From NCBI RefSeq assembly GCF_963921235.1, contig NC_086101.1, positions 16,058,001-16,122,000 on the forward strand: a stretch of DNA of 64,000 nt. Reading direction: 5' to 3'. The DNA is from Mobula hypostoma (lineage: Eukaryota). Made by a program: the position numbers and the translations under genes. How positions within the stretch are numbered: the stretch's first letter is position 1; the number at the start of each line of letters is the position of its first letter. Shown in pieces: positions 14,201-27,470 of the stretch. The notes beneath the pieces were generated by a model. The model had not been told where the DNA came from, did not search any database, and saw only the letters and a program-made list of their open reading frames with translations.

Positions 14201-14373
14201 TATTTAAGAGGGAGTTAGATATGGCCCTTGTGGCTACGGGGATCAGGGGGTATGGAGGGAAGGCTGGGGCAGAGTTCTGAGTTGGATGATCAGCCATGAT
14301 CACAATAAATGGCGGTGCAGGCTTGAAGGGCCGAATGGCTTTCTCCTGCACCTATTTTCTATGTTTCTATGTT
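11239..14373 (+). mobile_element. Near-intact young CR1 LINE (copy B), ORF2 APE endonuclease + RT
   Basis: ORF2 from about 11470 to 14280 (GITETWL, GDFN, SDHN, LDFQKAFD, PQGS, FADD). Only one frameshift (G-run at about 11660-11668) and a CGA>TGA at 13651. TSD taccc at 11234-11238 and 14374-14378. Confidence 0.95.
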
Positions 14374-15347
14374 TACCCCACTGGTCACCGACTGCCATTC
14401 CGAAAGGGACCCGTTAATCGCTACTCTTTGTTTTCTGTCAGCCAGCCAATTTTCAATCCATGTCAGTACTCTGCCCACAATATCATGTGCCCTAATTTTG
14501 CCCATTGATCTCCTATGTGGGACTTTATCAAAGGTTTTCTGAAAGTCCAGGTACACTACATCCACTGGCTCTCCGTTATCCATTTTCATAATTACATCCT
14601 CAGAAAATTCCAGAAGATTAGTCAAGCACGATTTCCCCTTCGTAAATTCATGCTGACTCGGACCAATCGTGTTACTGCTATCCAGTTGTGTCATAATTTC
14701 ATTTTTTATAATTGACTCCAGCATCTTTCCCACCACCGACGTCAGGCTAACCGGTCTATAATTCCTTGTTTTCTCTCTTCCTCCCTTCTTGAAGAGAGGG
14801 ACAACATTAGCCACCCTCCAATCCAAAGGAACTGATCCTGAATCTATAGAACATTGGAAAATGATTACCAATGCGTCCACACTTTCTAAAGCCACCTCCT
14901 TAAGTACCCTGGGATGCAGACCATCAGGTCCCAGGGACTTATTAGCCTTCAGACCCAACAGCCTATCCAACACCATTTCCTGGCTAATATAAATTTCCTT
15001 CAATTCATCCATTACCCTAGGTCCTTTGGCCACTATTACATCTGGGAGATTGTTTGTGTCTTCCCTAGTGAAGACAGATCCAAAGTACCTGTTCAACTCG
15101 TCTGCCATTTCCTTGTTCCCCATAATAAATTCACCCGCTTCTGTCTTCAAGGGCCCAATTTTGGTCTTAACTACTTTTTTTCCTTTCCACATACCTAAAG
15201 AAGCTTTTACTATCCTCCTTTATATTCTTGGCTAGTTTACCTTCGTACCTCATTTTTTCTCCGTGTATTGCCTTGTTAGTCACCTTCTGTTGCTCTTTAA
15301 AAGTTTCCCAATCCTCCGGCTTCCCACTCATCTTTGCCATGTTATAC

Positions 15348-16302
15348 TGTTACGTACTCCGTAACTGGGTTGCCAAACCAGCAGAAATGGATCACTCAGT
15401 TGGAGTCTGGATTACTAGAACTAAGAAAGTTTTATTAAAGAAACAAGCAACACAGTAATCGAAAGAATAATAAATGCAACAGTTCAGCAATAATAAACAC
15501 ACATGTGCACAGAATTAAGATAACAGCATCAATCAAGCTCTATCGTTGTCTAGGGGTAAATGACCAATTTCAAAGTGACACAAAAGTCCAGTTCGGTTTA
15601 GTTCAGTTCGCAGTAATTGTTGCCATGGCGATGGACAACGTGGGGGGAGGGAGAGAGAGAACAAGAACGACTGATCATTCAGAAACGGCTTCCACTCACA
15701 GACCGGCGATATTGCTCACAAGCAGCTTTCGGGCGGGTCCTTTGTGATGTTGCCTGAGGTCACCGACTGTGACCCCTCCTCCAGATGCACTCGATCCTCT
15801 GCAGTGAACCTGGCACCCAAGCGAGGGTGGACACACACCGGGTTCCCGCTGATCGTACCTTTCCACCCTGTGCGTTTAAGGTCCGGTACTTCCCACTGAC
15901 TCGTGAGAGGTGCACCGCTTCCAGGGTCTCGTTACCTCAGGTGTCGTGTGTGTGTCCTGCCTTAGCGAACCTGTCCCTTTTTATCCCCCTGCTGGGGTAT
16001 CGCCTGTCCATCACTTCAAACAGTTCAGGGTTCAAAGGGGGAGCCGCTCCAGACGGCTCTCTGTCCCGTCCCTTCATTACACATCTCCAGATCGCCTGTC
16101 CATCACTTCAAACAGTTCAGGGTTCAAAGGGGGAGCCGCTCTCGACAGCTCTCTGTCCCGTCCCTTCATTACACATCTCCAGATGCTGCTTCATTGTTCC
16201 TTATCTCTCCTTCCCCTGAGGACAGGTGACAGACCAACTGCTGATGCCACTGATGCTAGCCCAGGCCAGCAAACATCTTAATTTATGTGTATTCTCGTCA
16301 CA
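15348..16302. mobile_element. Solo LTR with 4-bp TSD
   Basis: TG..CA ends (tgttacg..gtcaca). TSD atac at 15344-15347 and 16303-16306. The host CR1 sequence resumes exactly across it. Contains a 92-bp tandem duplication at about 16000-16184. Confidence 0.9.
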
Positions 16303-17104
16303 ATACTTATTCTCTTTTATTTTTATACTGTCCATTACTTCCCTTGTCAGCCACGGCCTCCCCTTACTCCCCTTAGGATCTTTCTTCCTCTTTAGAATGA
16401 ACCGATCCTGCACCTTCTGCATTATTCCCAGAAACACTTGCCATTGCTGTTCCACTGTCATCCCTGCTAGGGTATTGTTCCATTGAACTTTGGCCAGCTC
16501 CCCTCTCATAGCACCACAGTTCCCTTTGTTCAACTGTAATACTGACACTTCTGAGTTTCCCTTCTCCCTCTCAAATTGTAGATTAAAATTTATCATATTA
16601 TGGTCACTACCTCCTAATGGCTCCTTTACCTCGAGGTCCCTGATCAAATCTGGTTCATTGCACAGCACTAAATCTAGAATTCCGTTCTCTCTGGTAGGCT
16701 CCAGTACAAGCTGTTCTAAGAATCCAACTCGGAGGGACTCCACAAACTCCCTTTCTTGGGGTCCAGCACCAACCTGATTCCTCCAGTCTACCTGCATGTT
16801 GAAGTCCCCCATAACAACTGTAGCATTACCTTTGCGACATGCCAATTTTAACTCTTGATTCAACTTACACCCTACATTCAGACTACTGTTTGGGGGCCTG
16901 TAGATAACTCCCATTAGGGTCTTTCTACCCTTAGAATTTCTCAGTTCTATCCATACTGACTCTTCGTCTCCTGATTCTATGCCCCCCTCGCAAGGGACTG
17001 AATATCATTCCTCACCAACAGAGCCACCCCACCCCCTCTGCCAACCTGTCTGTCCTTTCGATAGGACGTCTACCCTTGAATATTCATTTCCCAGGCCCTC
17101 TCCC

Positions 17105-20100
17105 GCAGAATCACATCTGCCAGAAGTGCATATCGCTGGGCGATCTGGAAGATCGTGTAAGGAATCTGGAGCAGCAGCTGGATGACCTTCGACTCATAAG
17201 GGAGAATGAGGCAGTCATAGATGAGAGCTACCGGGGGTAGTCACACCTCGGCTGTCGGAAGCAGGTCGTTGGGTGACAGTCAGAGGGGGGAAAGCGAAGG
17301 TGAGCAGACAGGTAGTGCAGAGCACCCCTGTAGCCATTCCCCTGAATAATAAGTTTACCGTCCTGGATACTGTTGGCCGGGATGACCGACCAGGTGTGAG
17401 ACACGGTGGCAGGGCCTCCGGCACTGCATCTGACCCTGTGGTGCAGAAGGGTGGGATGGAGAAGAGGAGAGCTGTCGTCATTGGAGACTCTATAGTCAGG
17501 GGAGCAGACAGGAGATTTTGTGGACGTGAGAAGGACACCCGTATGGTTTGTTGGCTCCCGGGTGCCAGGGTCCGGGATGTCTCTGACCGGGTGCACGACA
17601 TCCTGGTACGAGAGGGAAAGCAACCAGAAGTCGTGATACATGTTGGGACCAACGACACAGGCAGGAAGAGGGATGAGGTCCTGAAGTGTGAGTTTCGGGA
17701 ATTAGGCAGAAGGCTGAAGAACAGGACCTCAAGGGTGACGTCCTCAGGATTGCTGCCAGTGCTACGTGACAGAGATGGTAAGAATTGGAGGAGATGGCAG
17801 TTGAATGCATGGCTGAGGAGTTGGTGCAGGGAGCAGGGTTTTAGATTTTTAGATCATTGGGATCTCTTCTGGGGAAGGTGGGACCTGGACAGATTGGATG
17901 GGTTGCACCTGAACTCGACGGATAGCAATATCCTTGCAGGTAGGTTTGCTAGCATGGTTCGGGAGGGTTTAAACTAATTTGCGAGGGGGATGGGACCCAG
18001 AGCGATAGAGCACTGAAAGAAGTGCATGGAGTAAAGCCAGATCTAACATATAGAGAGGCTTTGAGGAAAGAGAAGCAGAATAAACGGTATAAAGACAGTA
18101 AGGTAGAAGGGCTGAAATGTGTGTACCTCAATGCAAGAAGCATCAGGAACAAAGGTGATGAATTGAGAGCTTGGATACATACATGGAATTATGATGTAGT
18201 GGCCATTACAGAGACTTGGCTGGCACCAGGGCAGGAATGGATTCTCAATATTCCTGGATTTCAGTCCTTTGAAAGGGATAGAGAGGGCAGAAAAATGGGA
18301 GGAGGGGTGGCATTACTGGTCAGGGATAATATTACAGCTACAGAAAGGGTGGGTAATGTAGCAGGATCCTCTTTTGAGTCAGTATGGGTGGAAGTCAGGA
18401 ACAGGAAGGGAGCAGTTACTCTATTGGGGGTATTCTATAGGCCCCCTGGTAGCAGCAGAGATACAGAGGAGCAGATTGGGAGGCAGATTTTGGAAAGGTG
18501 CAAAAATAACAGGGTTGTTATCATGGGTGACTTTAACTTCCCTAATATTGATTGGCACCTGATTAGTTCCAAGGGTTTAGATGGGGCAGAATTTGTTAAG
18601 TGTGTCCAGGATGGATTCCTGTCACAGTATTTGGACAGGCCGACCAGGGGGAATGCCATACTAGATCTAGTACTAGGTAATGAACCGGGTCAGGTCACAG
18701 ATCTCTCAGTGGGTGAGCATCTGGGGGACAGTGACCACCACTCCCTGGCCTTTATAATTATCATGGAAAAGGATAGAATCAAAGAGGACAGGAAAATTTT
18801 TAATTGGGGAAAGGCAAATTATGAGGCTATAAGGCTAGAACTTGCGGGTGTCAATTGGGATGATGTTTTTGCAGGGAAATGTACTATGGACATGTGATCG
18901 ATGTTTAGAGATCTCTTGCGGGATGTAAGGGATAAATTTGTCCCAGTGAGGAAGATAAAGAACGGTAGGGTGAAGGAACCATGGGTGACAAGTGAGGTGG
19001 AAAATCTAGTCAGGAGGAAGAAGGTAGCATACATGAGGTTTAGGAAGCAAAGATCAGATGGGTCTATTGAGGAATATAGGGAAGCAAGAAAGGAGCTTAA
19101 GACGGGGCTGAGAAGAGCAAGAAGGGGGCATGAGAAGGCCTTGGCGAGTAGGGTACAGGAAAACCCCCAGGCATTCTTCAATTATGTGAAGAACAAAAGG
19201 ATGACAGGAGTGAAGGTAGGACCGATTAGAGATAAAGGTGGGAAGATGTACCTGGAGGCTGTGGAAGTGAGCGAGGTCCTCAATAAATACTTCTCTTCGG
19301 TATTCACCAATGAGAGGGAACTTGATGATGGTGAGGACAATATGAGTGAGGTTGATGTTCTGGAGCATACTGATCTTAAGGGAGAGGAGGTGTTGGAGTT
19401 CTTAAAATACATTAGGACAGATAAGTCCCCGGGGCCTGACGGAATATTCCCCAGGCTGCTCCACGAGGCGAGAGAAGAGATTGCTGAGCCTCTGGCTAGG
19501 ATCTTTATGTCCTCGTTGTCCACGGGAATGGTACCGGAGGATTGGAGGGAGGCGAATGTTGTTCCCTTGTTCAAAAAAGGTAGTAGGGATAGTCCAGGTA
19601 ATTATAGACCAGTGAGCCTTTCGACTGTGGTGGGAAAGCTGTTGGAAAAGATTCTTAGAGATAGGATCTATAGGCATTTAGAGAATCATGGTCTGATCAG
19701 GGACAGTCAGCATGGCTTTGTGAAGGGCAGATCGTGTCTAACAAGTTGATAGATTTCTTTGAGGAGGTGACCAGGCATATAGATGAGGGTAGTGCAGTGG
19801 ATGTGATCTATATGGATTTTAGTAAGGCATTTGACAAGGTTCCACACGGTAGGATTATTCAGAAAGTTAGAAGGCATGGGATCCGGGGAAGTTTGGCCAG
19901 GTGGATTCAGAATTGGCTTGCCTGCAGAAGGCAGAGGGTCGTGGTGGAGGGAGTACATTCAGATTGGAGGATTGTGACTAGTGGTGTCCCACAAGGATCT
20001 GTTCTGGGACCTCTACTTTTCATGATTTTTATTAACGACCTGGATGTCGGGGTAGAAGGGTGGGTTGGCAAGTTTGCAGACAACACAAAGGTTGGTGGTG

Positions 20101-20962
20101 TTGCAGATAGTGTAGAGGATTGTCAAAGATTGCAGAGAGACATTGATAGGATGCAGAAATGGGCTGAAAAGTGGCAGATGGAGTTCAACCCGGAAAAGTG
20201 TGAGGTGGTACACTTTGGAAGGACAAACTTCAAGGCAGAGTACAAAGTAAATGGCAGGATATTTGGTAGTGTGGAGGAGCAGAGGGATCTCGGGGTACAT
20301 GTCCACAGATCCCTGACGGAAAGTTGCCTCACAGGTGGATAGGGTAGTTAAGAAAGCTTATGGGGTGTTAGCTTTCATAAGTCAAGGGACAGAGTTTAAG
20401 AGTCGCGATGTAATGATGCAGCTCTATAAAACTCTGGTTCGGCCACACTTGGAGTATTGTGTCCAGTTCTGGTCACCTCACTATAGAAAGGATGTGGAAG
20501 CATTGGAAAGGGTACAGAGGAGATTTACCAGGATGTTGCCTGGTTTAGAAAGTATGCATTATGATCAGAGATTAAGGGAGCTTGGGCTTTACTCTTTGGA
20601 GAGAAGGAGGATGAGAGGAGACATGATAGAGGTGTACAAGATAATAAGAGGAATAGATAGAGTGGATAGCCAGCGCCTCTTCCCCAGGGCACCACTGCTC
20701 AATACAAGAGGACATAGCTTTAAGGTAAGGGTGGGAAGTTCAAGGGGGATATTAGAGGAAGGTTTTTTACTCAGAGAGTGGTTGGTGTGTGGAATGCACT
20801 GCCTGAGTCAGTGGTGGAGGCAGATACACTAGTGAACTTTAAGAGACTACTAGACAGGTATATGGAGGAATCGAAGGTGGGGGCTTATATGGGAGGCAGG
20901 GTTTGAGGGTCGGCACAACATTGTGGGCCGAAGGGCCTGTACTGTGCTGTACTATTCTATGT
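17105..20962 (+). mobile_element. CR1 LINE (copy E) with SGNH-esterase ORF1 and degenerate ORF2
   Basis: ORF1 17273-17977 VIGDSIVRG..HVGTND..DGLHL. ORF2 pieces 18022-18897, 18901-19749, 19734-20342, 20335-20832. CR1 3' tail. Confidence 0.92.
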
Positions 20963-21249
20963 CAACTTGAAACCATGCCTCTGTTATTCCCACAACATCA
21001 TACTTACCAATTTGCAACTGTGCCTCAAGCTCGTCCACTTTATTTCTTATACTCCGTGCATCCATATACAATATTTTTAATTCATTACTCCCCTCACCTC
21101 CCATATCAATTCCTATTTCACTTGGCCATACTGTACGATCCCTTCTTGAGCTTTCTGCTCTGTTGATTCTGCTGTCTTTCTTAACTTTTCTTTATTCTCA
21201 CTTTCCTTTTATCTCCATCCTTATGTTTGCAGTTCGTCCCCTTGCCGCC

Positions 21250-21880
21250 CCCCCCAACTACTTAATTTAAACACACCCGTGTTGCAGAGGCAAACCTGCC
21301 TGCCAGAATGCTGGTGCCCCGCTTATTAAGGTGCAACCCTTTTGTACAATTCATCCTTACCCCGAAACATACTCCAGTGGTCCAAGAATGTAAATCCTTG
21401 CTTCCTGCACCAGTTGCTCAGCCACACATTCAGATCCATTATGTCCCTTTTCTTGACCACTCCAACACGGCGAACTGGAAGCAAACCAGAGATAACCACC
21501 CTGGAAGTCCTGCTTTTCAGCCTTCTTCCGAGTTCTCTGAAGTCGCGCTGTAGAATGTCTTTCCTCTTCTTCCCCACGTCATTTGTGCCAACATGCATCA
21601 CCACTTCCAGATGTTCACCTTCACTCTTGAGGATTCCCTGAAATCGGTCCGTGACATCCTGGATCCCGGCACCAGGGAGGCAACACACCATCCTTAAATC
21701 TCGCCCGTTGCCACAGAAACTCCTTTCTGTACCTCTCACTATGGAGTTCCCTTCTACCATGGCTCTGCCTGATGTCTGTCTCCTCGGCTTTGCCTCAGCG
21801 CCGATTGTTGACTCGCAGACCTGTCCGTCTCTCAGATTGGCACAGTCTTCTGTTTCGACAGCTTCCAAGAGGGAGAACCT
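21250..21880 (-). mobile_element. CR1 ORF1 esterase fragment
   Basis: ORF 21326-21868: GNSIVRGT..VCCLPGA..HVGTND. Confidence 0.85.
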
Positions 21881-21882
21881 CT

Positions 21883-24800
21883 TCCTCTGTCGCCATATAT
21901 TTCCTCAAAGCAGGCCAGAAAAAGTGTTTAAAAACCTTGTCCACGGTTTTATTCCCACCAAGACGGCTACCCAAGGGCATACTATCAGCCAAAGTTAAAA
22001 TCTGATTTCTATAGACTTTAGGGACTACTACCTGGTGGATATCAGCCCAATTCTCACTTGCACGAATCTCAGTTGGTCTCCACTTCCTCATTAACACCCC
22101 ACTCTTGAAATACGACCCTACTGGCACCTTCTCAATCTCATTATCTGGGACAACTTTTCCTCTTAAGGTGGCAATCTCAGGGTCTCTGTACTGCTCCGCT
22201 ATAATCTCCTTCCTAGACAGAAGAGACAAGTCTTTATGGTCAGACTTACTACAAGGATCTTGATCAAACAATGAAGGTATAAAAGTTACTGACAAATCAT
22301 CAAAATCTGAATCCCGATTTGAACTGTCATGTGCAGCAGACACAAGCTGCACAGAACTATCTGCCTTGGCGGACTTTTTGGCCATAGCTCGGGTTACTGC
22401 ACAGGAGGGGTACATGCTAGAATCCATCTTTGGATCATCACTGATTGGCTTAGTTGTCAGCAGCACTGCAAGAACAACTTTTCCCCTTGCTATGTTATTC
22501 CCTAACAATAAAGAAACACCATCCACCGGTAAACTGGTACGTAGTCCTATTTTAACAGGTCCTGAAACTAACCCTGACTCTTTGTGCAGAGGTACAGGTG
22601 GTCCCCAATACCTCGTATAAGATTTACCTCACCAGTGGCAGTCTCATCACAAAACACTATCTAACATAAGTGACTGAGAAGCCCCAGTATCCCAAAGAAT
22701 TTTTACCGGTGCTTGGGAGGACCCTTCTTTCACTGAAACAAATCCCTCTGACATAAAATGATCAAATCCCTTCCGAACTCGGTCAGACCTTGACAGAGCC
22801 TCCTATGAATGTCCCGAACCCTGAGGGTTTCTTGCTGTTTCAAAGTGTTGCACACAGGCATCTGGAACTGCTTCCTTTTGCTTCTTCTTCAGACAGAAGC
22901 AGTTAGCCATAACATGACCAGATTTCCTACAATAGAGACAAATAGGACCAAAATGTTTTTCCTTTATCACTAGCTTCCGACTTAATTTCTGGTTTACCCT
23001 GACTATCCATGCTATTCTTTTGGAAAATTTTACTACGAGTAAACTTACCCTTGTGGGTTACAGCAAACTCATCTGCTAATTTAGCAGACTGTTGCAATGT
23101 GGCAGTGTCTTTCTCATCCAAATATGCCTTTGTGTCATTGGGGACGCACCTTTTAAATTCCTCAATTAAAACCAACTCTTTCAACTTGTCATAACCTCCA
23201 TTCACACTTTTAGAGATGCACCAGCGCTCAAAACACACAGAATTGTCATAGGCAAATTCCACATAAGTCTGGTTCACAGATGTCTTCAGACTCCTAAATC
23301 TTTGTCTATAAGCTTCCAGAACTAGTTCATAACCTTTAAGTATAACCTGCTTCACAATATCGTAATCAACAGCCTGTTCACTGGTTAAGGCCATATAAAC
23401 CTGTTGTGTTTTACCTTTCATTACACTTTGTAAAAGGATGAGCCAGCCCTCTTTCGGCCACTGTGAACTCCGAGCAACTTTTTCAAAATGCTGGAAGTAG
23501 TTATCAACTTCTGCCTCATTAACTAGAGGAACCAATTTAATGGCCTGACTAGCAACAAACGGTACAACCGGTTTCCTTGAACCAGCTTGCTTCTCGAGCC
23601 TTAACTTCTCTATCGCTAGCTCAAATTACCTTTGTTTTTCTGCAGCTTCTCTCTCTTTATCTGTCCCTTTCCGCCACCTATACGTTAAATCTCTCTAACT
23701 TAATTTGTTCCAGTTGTAGCTGCATCTCAAGTTTACTTGTAGGAAACTTCTCTAATATCTCTTCATCAAACAATTTCGTAGCTATATAATACTCAGCTAT
23801 TTTCCTCTGAATCACTGGCTTTGTTGTAGTCGTCGTTATCCCTGTAAGCTTCAGTTCTTTAGCAATCTCCAGCACCTCACCATTTTTCACTTTCTCTAAT
23901 GCCGCAGGGGTTGTGATTCCAGAAAGTCCCCAACATCCATTGCTGCTGGTCATCACACACAAACCAATCAAACAAAAAGAATTGGGTATTTCCCTTCTCC
24001 CAATCAGATCGATAATTAAACAATCAATAAGCACTGAATTTGTTCATATCGGGACGAGCCCTCAATTTTTATCTTACATACCAGCAGCAATAGATATGAA
24101 ATTAAGTCGGGTTTTTATAGATAAACAACGATATTTATTAACCTTTACTCAAAAACATAGAAAAGTAAACAAACGACTAACTTAAACGGAAGTTAACAGT
24201 GTTATGCGTGTATAGCTATCAAACAGTCGAACTCAGAGACAATTTTTAACAGATCTTACTCAAGCAGTCTTAAAGTGGTAGTCTAAGAGGTCCAAGTGAT
24301 TCATGAAATAAGTGAGAAGACAGTCTTCATGAAGCAGCGATGAGGCGATTCTTGAAGAAACGAAGAAACCGTTGACGCCGATCCCAGCCGAGAAGGGAGG
24401 TGGGGTGGCGTTGCTGGTTAAAGAAGAGATTAACGCAATAGAAGGGAAGGACATAAGCCGGGAAGATGTGGAATCGATATGGGTAGAGCTGCGTAACGCT
24501 AAGGGGCAGAAGATGCTGGTGGGAGTTATGTACAGGCCACCTAACAGTAGTAGTGAGGTCGGAGATGGCAGTAAACAGGAAATTAGAAATGTGTGCAATA
24601 AAGGAACAGCAGTTATAATGGGTAACTTCAGTCTACATGTAGATTGGGTGAACCAAATTGGTAAAGGTGCTGAGGAAGAGGATTTCTTGGAATGTATGCG
24701 GGATGGTTTTTTGGACCAACATGTCGAGGAACCGACTAGAGAGCAGGCTATTCTGGACTGGGTTTTGAGCAATGAGGAATGGATAATTAGCAATCTTGTC

Positions 24801-27470
24801 GTGAGAGGCCCCTTGGGTAAGGGTAACCATAATATAGTGGAATTCTTCATTAAGATGGAAAGTGACATAGTTAATTCAGAAACAAAGTTTCTGAACTTAA
24901 AGAGGGGTAACTTTGAAGGTATGAGACGTGAATTAGCTAAGATAGACTGGCAAATGACACTTAAAGGATTGACGGTGGATATGCAATGGCAAGCATTTAA
25001 AGGTTTGCATGGATGAACTACAACAATTGTTCATCCCAGTTTGGCAAAAGAATAAATCAAGGAAGGTGGTGCACCCGTGGCTGACAAGAGAAATTAGGGA
25101 TAGTATCAATTCCAAAGAAGGAGCATAAAATTTAGCCAGAGAAAGTGGCTCACCTGAGGGACCGGGAGAAATTCAGAGTTCAGCAGAGGAGGACAAAGGG
25201 CTTAATTAGGAAGGGGAAAAAAGATTATGAGAGAAAACTGGCAGGGAACATAAAAACTGACTGTAAAATCTTTTATAGATATGTAAAAAGGAAAAGACTG
25301 GTAAAGACAAATGTAGGTCCCCTACAGACAGAAACAGGTGAATTGATTATGGGGAGCAAGGACAAGGCAGACCAATTGAATAATTACTTTGGTTCTGTCT
25401 TCACTAATGAGGACATAAATAATCTTCCAGAAATAGTAGGGGACAGAGGGTCCAGTGAGATGGAGGAACTGAGCGAAATACATGTTAGTAGGGAAGTGGT
25501 GTTAGGTAAATTGAAGGGATTGAAGGCAGATAAATCCCCAGGGCCAGATGGTCTGCATCCTAGAGTGCTTAAGGAAGTAGCCCAAGAAACAGTGGATGCA
25601 TTAGTGATAATTTTTCAAAACTCGTTAGATTCTGGACTAGTTCCTGAGGATGGAGGGTGGCTAATGTAACCCCACTTTTTAAAAGAGGAGGGAGAGAGAA
25701 ACCAGGGAATTATAGACCGGTTAGCCTAACGTCGGTGGTGGGGAAACTGCTGGAGTCAGTTATCAAAGATGTGATAACAGCACATTTGGAAAGCGGTGAA
25801 ATCATCGGACAAAGTCAGCATGGATTTGTGAAAGGAAAATCATGTCTGACGAATCTCATAGAATTTTTTGAGGATGTAACTAGTAGAGTGGATAGGGGAG
25901 AACCAGTGGATGTGGTATATTTGGATTTTCAAAAGGCTTTTGACAGGGTCCCACACAGGAGATTAGTGTGCAAATTTAAAGCACACGGTATTGGGAGTAA
26001 GGTATTGATGTGGATAGAGAATTGGTTAGCAGACAGGAAGCAAAGAGTGGGAATAAATGGGACCTTTTCAGAATGGCAGGCAGTGACTAGTGGGGTACCG
26101 CAAGGTTCAGTGCTGGGCCCCCAGTTGTTTACAATATATATTAATGACTTGGATGAGGGAATTAAATGCAGCATCTCCAAGTTTGTGGATGACACGAAGC
26201 TGGGTGGCAGTGTTAGCTGTGAGGAGGATGCTAAGAGGATGCAGAGTGACTTGGATTGGTTGGGTGAGTGGGCAAATTCATGGCAGATGCAATTTAATGT
26301 GGATAAATGTGAAGTTATCCACTTTGGTGGCAAAAATAGGAAAACAGATTATTATCTGAATGGTGGCCGATTAGGAAAAGGGGAGGTGCAACGAGACCTG
26401 GGTGTCATTATACACCAGTCATTGAAAGTGGGCATGCAGGTACAGCAGGCGGTGAAAAAGGCGAATGGTATGCTGGCATTTATAGCGAGAGGATTTGAGT
26501 ACAGGAGCAGGGAGGTACTACTGCAGTTGTACAAGGCCTTGGTGAGACCACACCTGGAGTATTGTGTGCAGTTTTGGTCCCCTAATCTGAGGAAAGACAT
26601 CCTTGCCATAGAGGGAGTACAAAGAAGGTTCACCAGATTGATTCCTGGGATGGCAGGACTTTCATATGAAGAAAGACTGGATGAACTGGGCTTGTACTCG
26701 TTGGAATTTAGAAGATTGAGGGGGGATCTGATTGAAACGTATAAAATCCTAAAGGGATTGGACAGGCTAGATGCAGGAAGATTGTTCCCGATGTTGGGGA
26801 AGTCCAGAACAAGGGGCCACAGTTTGAGGATAAAGGGGAAGCCTTTTAGGACCGAGATTAGGAAAAACTACTTCACACAGAGAATGGTGAATCTGTGGAA
26901 TTCTCTGCCACAGGAAACAGTTGAGGCCAGTTCATTGGCTACATTTAAGAGGGAGTTAGATATGGCCCTTGTGGCTACGGGGATCAGGGGGTATGGAGGG
27001 AAGGCTGGGGCGGGGTTCTGAGTTGGATGATCAGCCATGATCATAATAAATGGCGGTGCAGGCTCGAAGGGCCGAATGGCCTACTCCTGCACCTATTTTC
27101 TATGTTTCAATGTTTCTATGTCTACGAAGAGTGAGTTTTCTCAAAGTAACTGACTTTTCGCCGAAGTGGTCAGCACACAACACCCAAACCATGTAAGGGT
27201 TAACAAAAGGCCGTGCCACGTATGGATTATACCCAGTGTCAGTCACACCTGAAATGCACTGCATGCCGTTGATTAACCCCAATCCTTTCGGCTCGTTCGG
27301 AGCCTCCAATTTTCACTCTCTCTCCTTCTACCACTGCGATTCCCCAGCAAAGCGACTCCCAACTATCGGCGGTCCCCCTTTTTATACCAGTGAGATATGC
27401 CATCATGTGAGGCTCACAGTTAACAAGGTCATGGGGCACTCACGGGAATCGATACTGTGGACAGATAACA
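21883..27470 (-). mobile_element. Truncated Gmr1-like Gypsy (element 2): 5' LTR, PBS, gag, PR, start of INT
   Basis: LTR 24072-27470 split by CR1 D. PBS gagggctcgtcccgat at about 24049-24064. gag homologous to element 1 (23678-24034, 22927-23535). Integrase N-terminus in 21795-22526, then truncated. Confidence 0.85.
24392..27121 (+). mobile_element. Young CR1 LINE (copy D) inserted in the LTR of element 2
   Basis: ORF2 pieces 24372-25016, 25145-25669 and 25657-27021, near-identical to copy B. (tttctatg) tail. Confidence 0.93.

Larger units (their letters stand above)
10830..17100 (-). mobile_element. CR1 LINE (host copy C), fragmented by nested insertions
   Basis: Segments 10830-11238, 14374-15347 and 16303-~17100 are collinear ORF2 (APE in 16201-16914, RT in 14359-15192) once the nested inserts are removed. 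Confidence 0.88.

Noticed and set aside
17273-17977. SGNH/GDSL esterase ORF that could be taken for a captured enzyme
   Set aside because: It is the well-known esterase domain of CR1-clade ORF1, directly upstream of ORF2.
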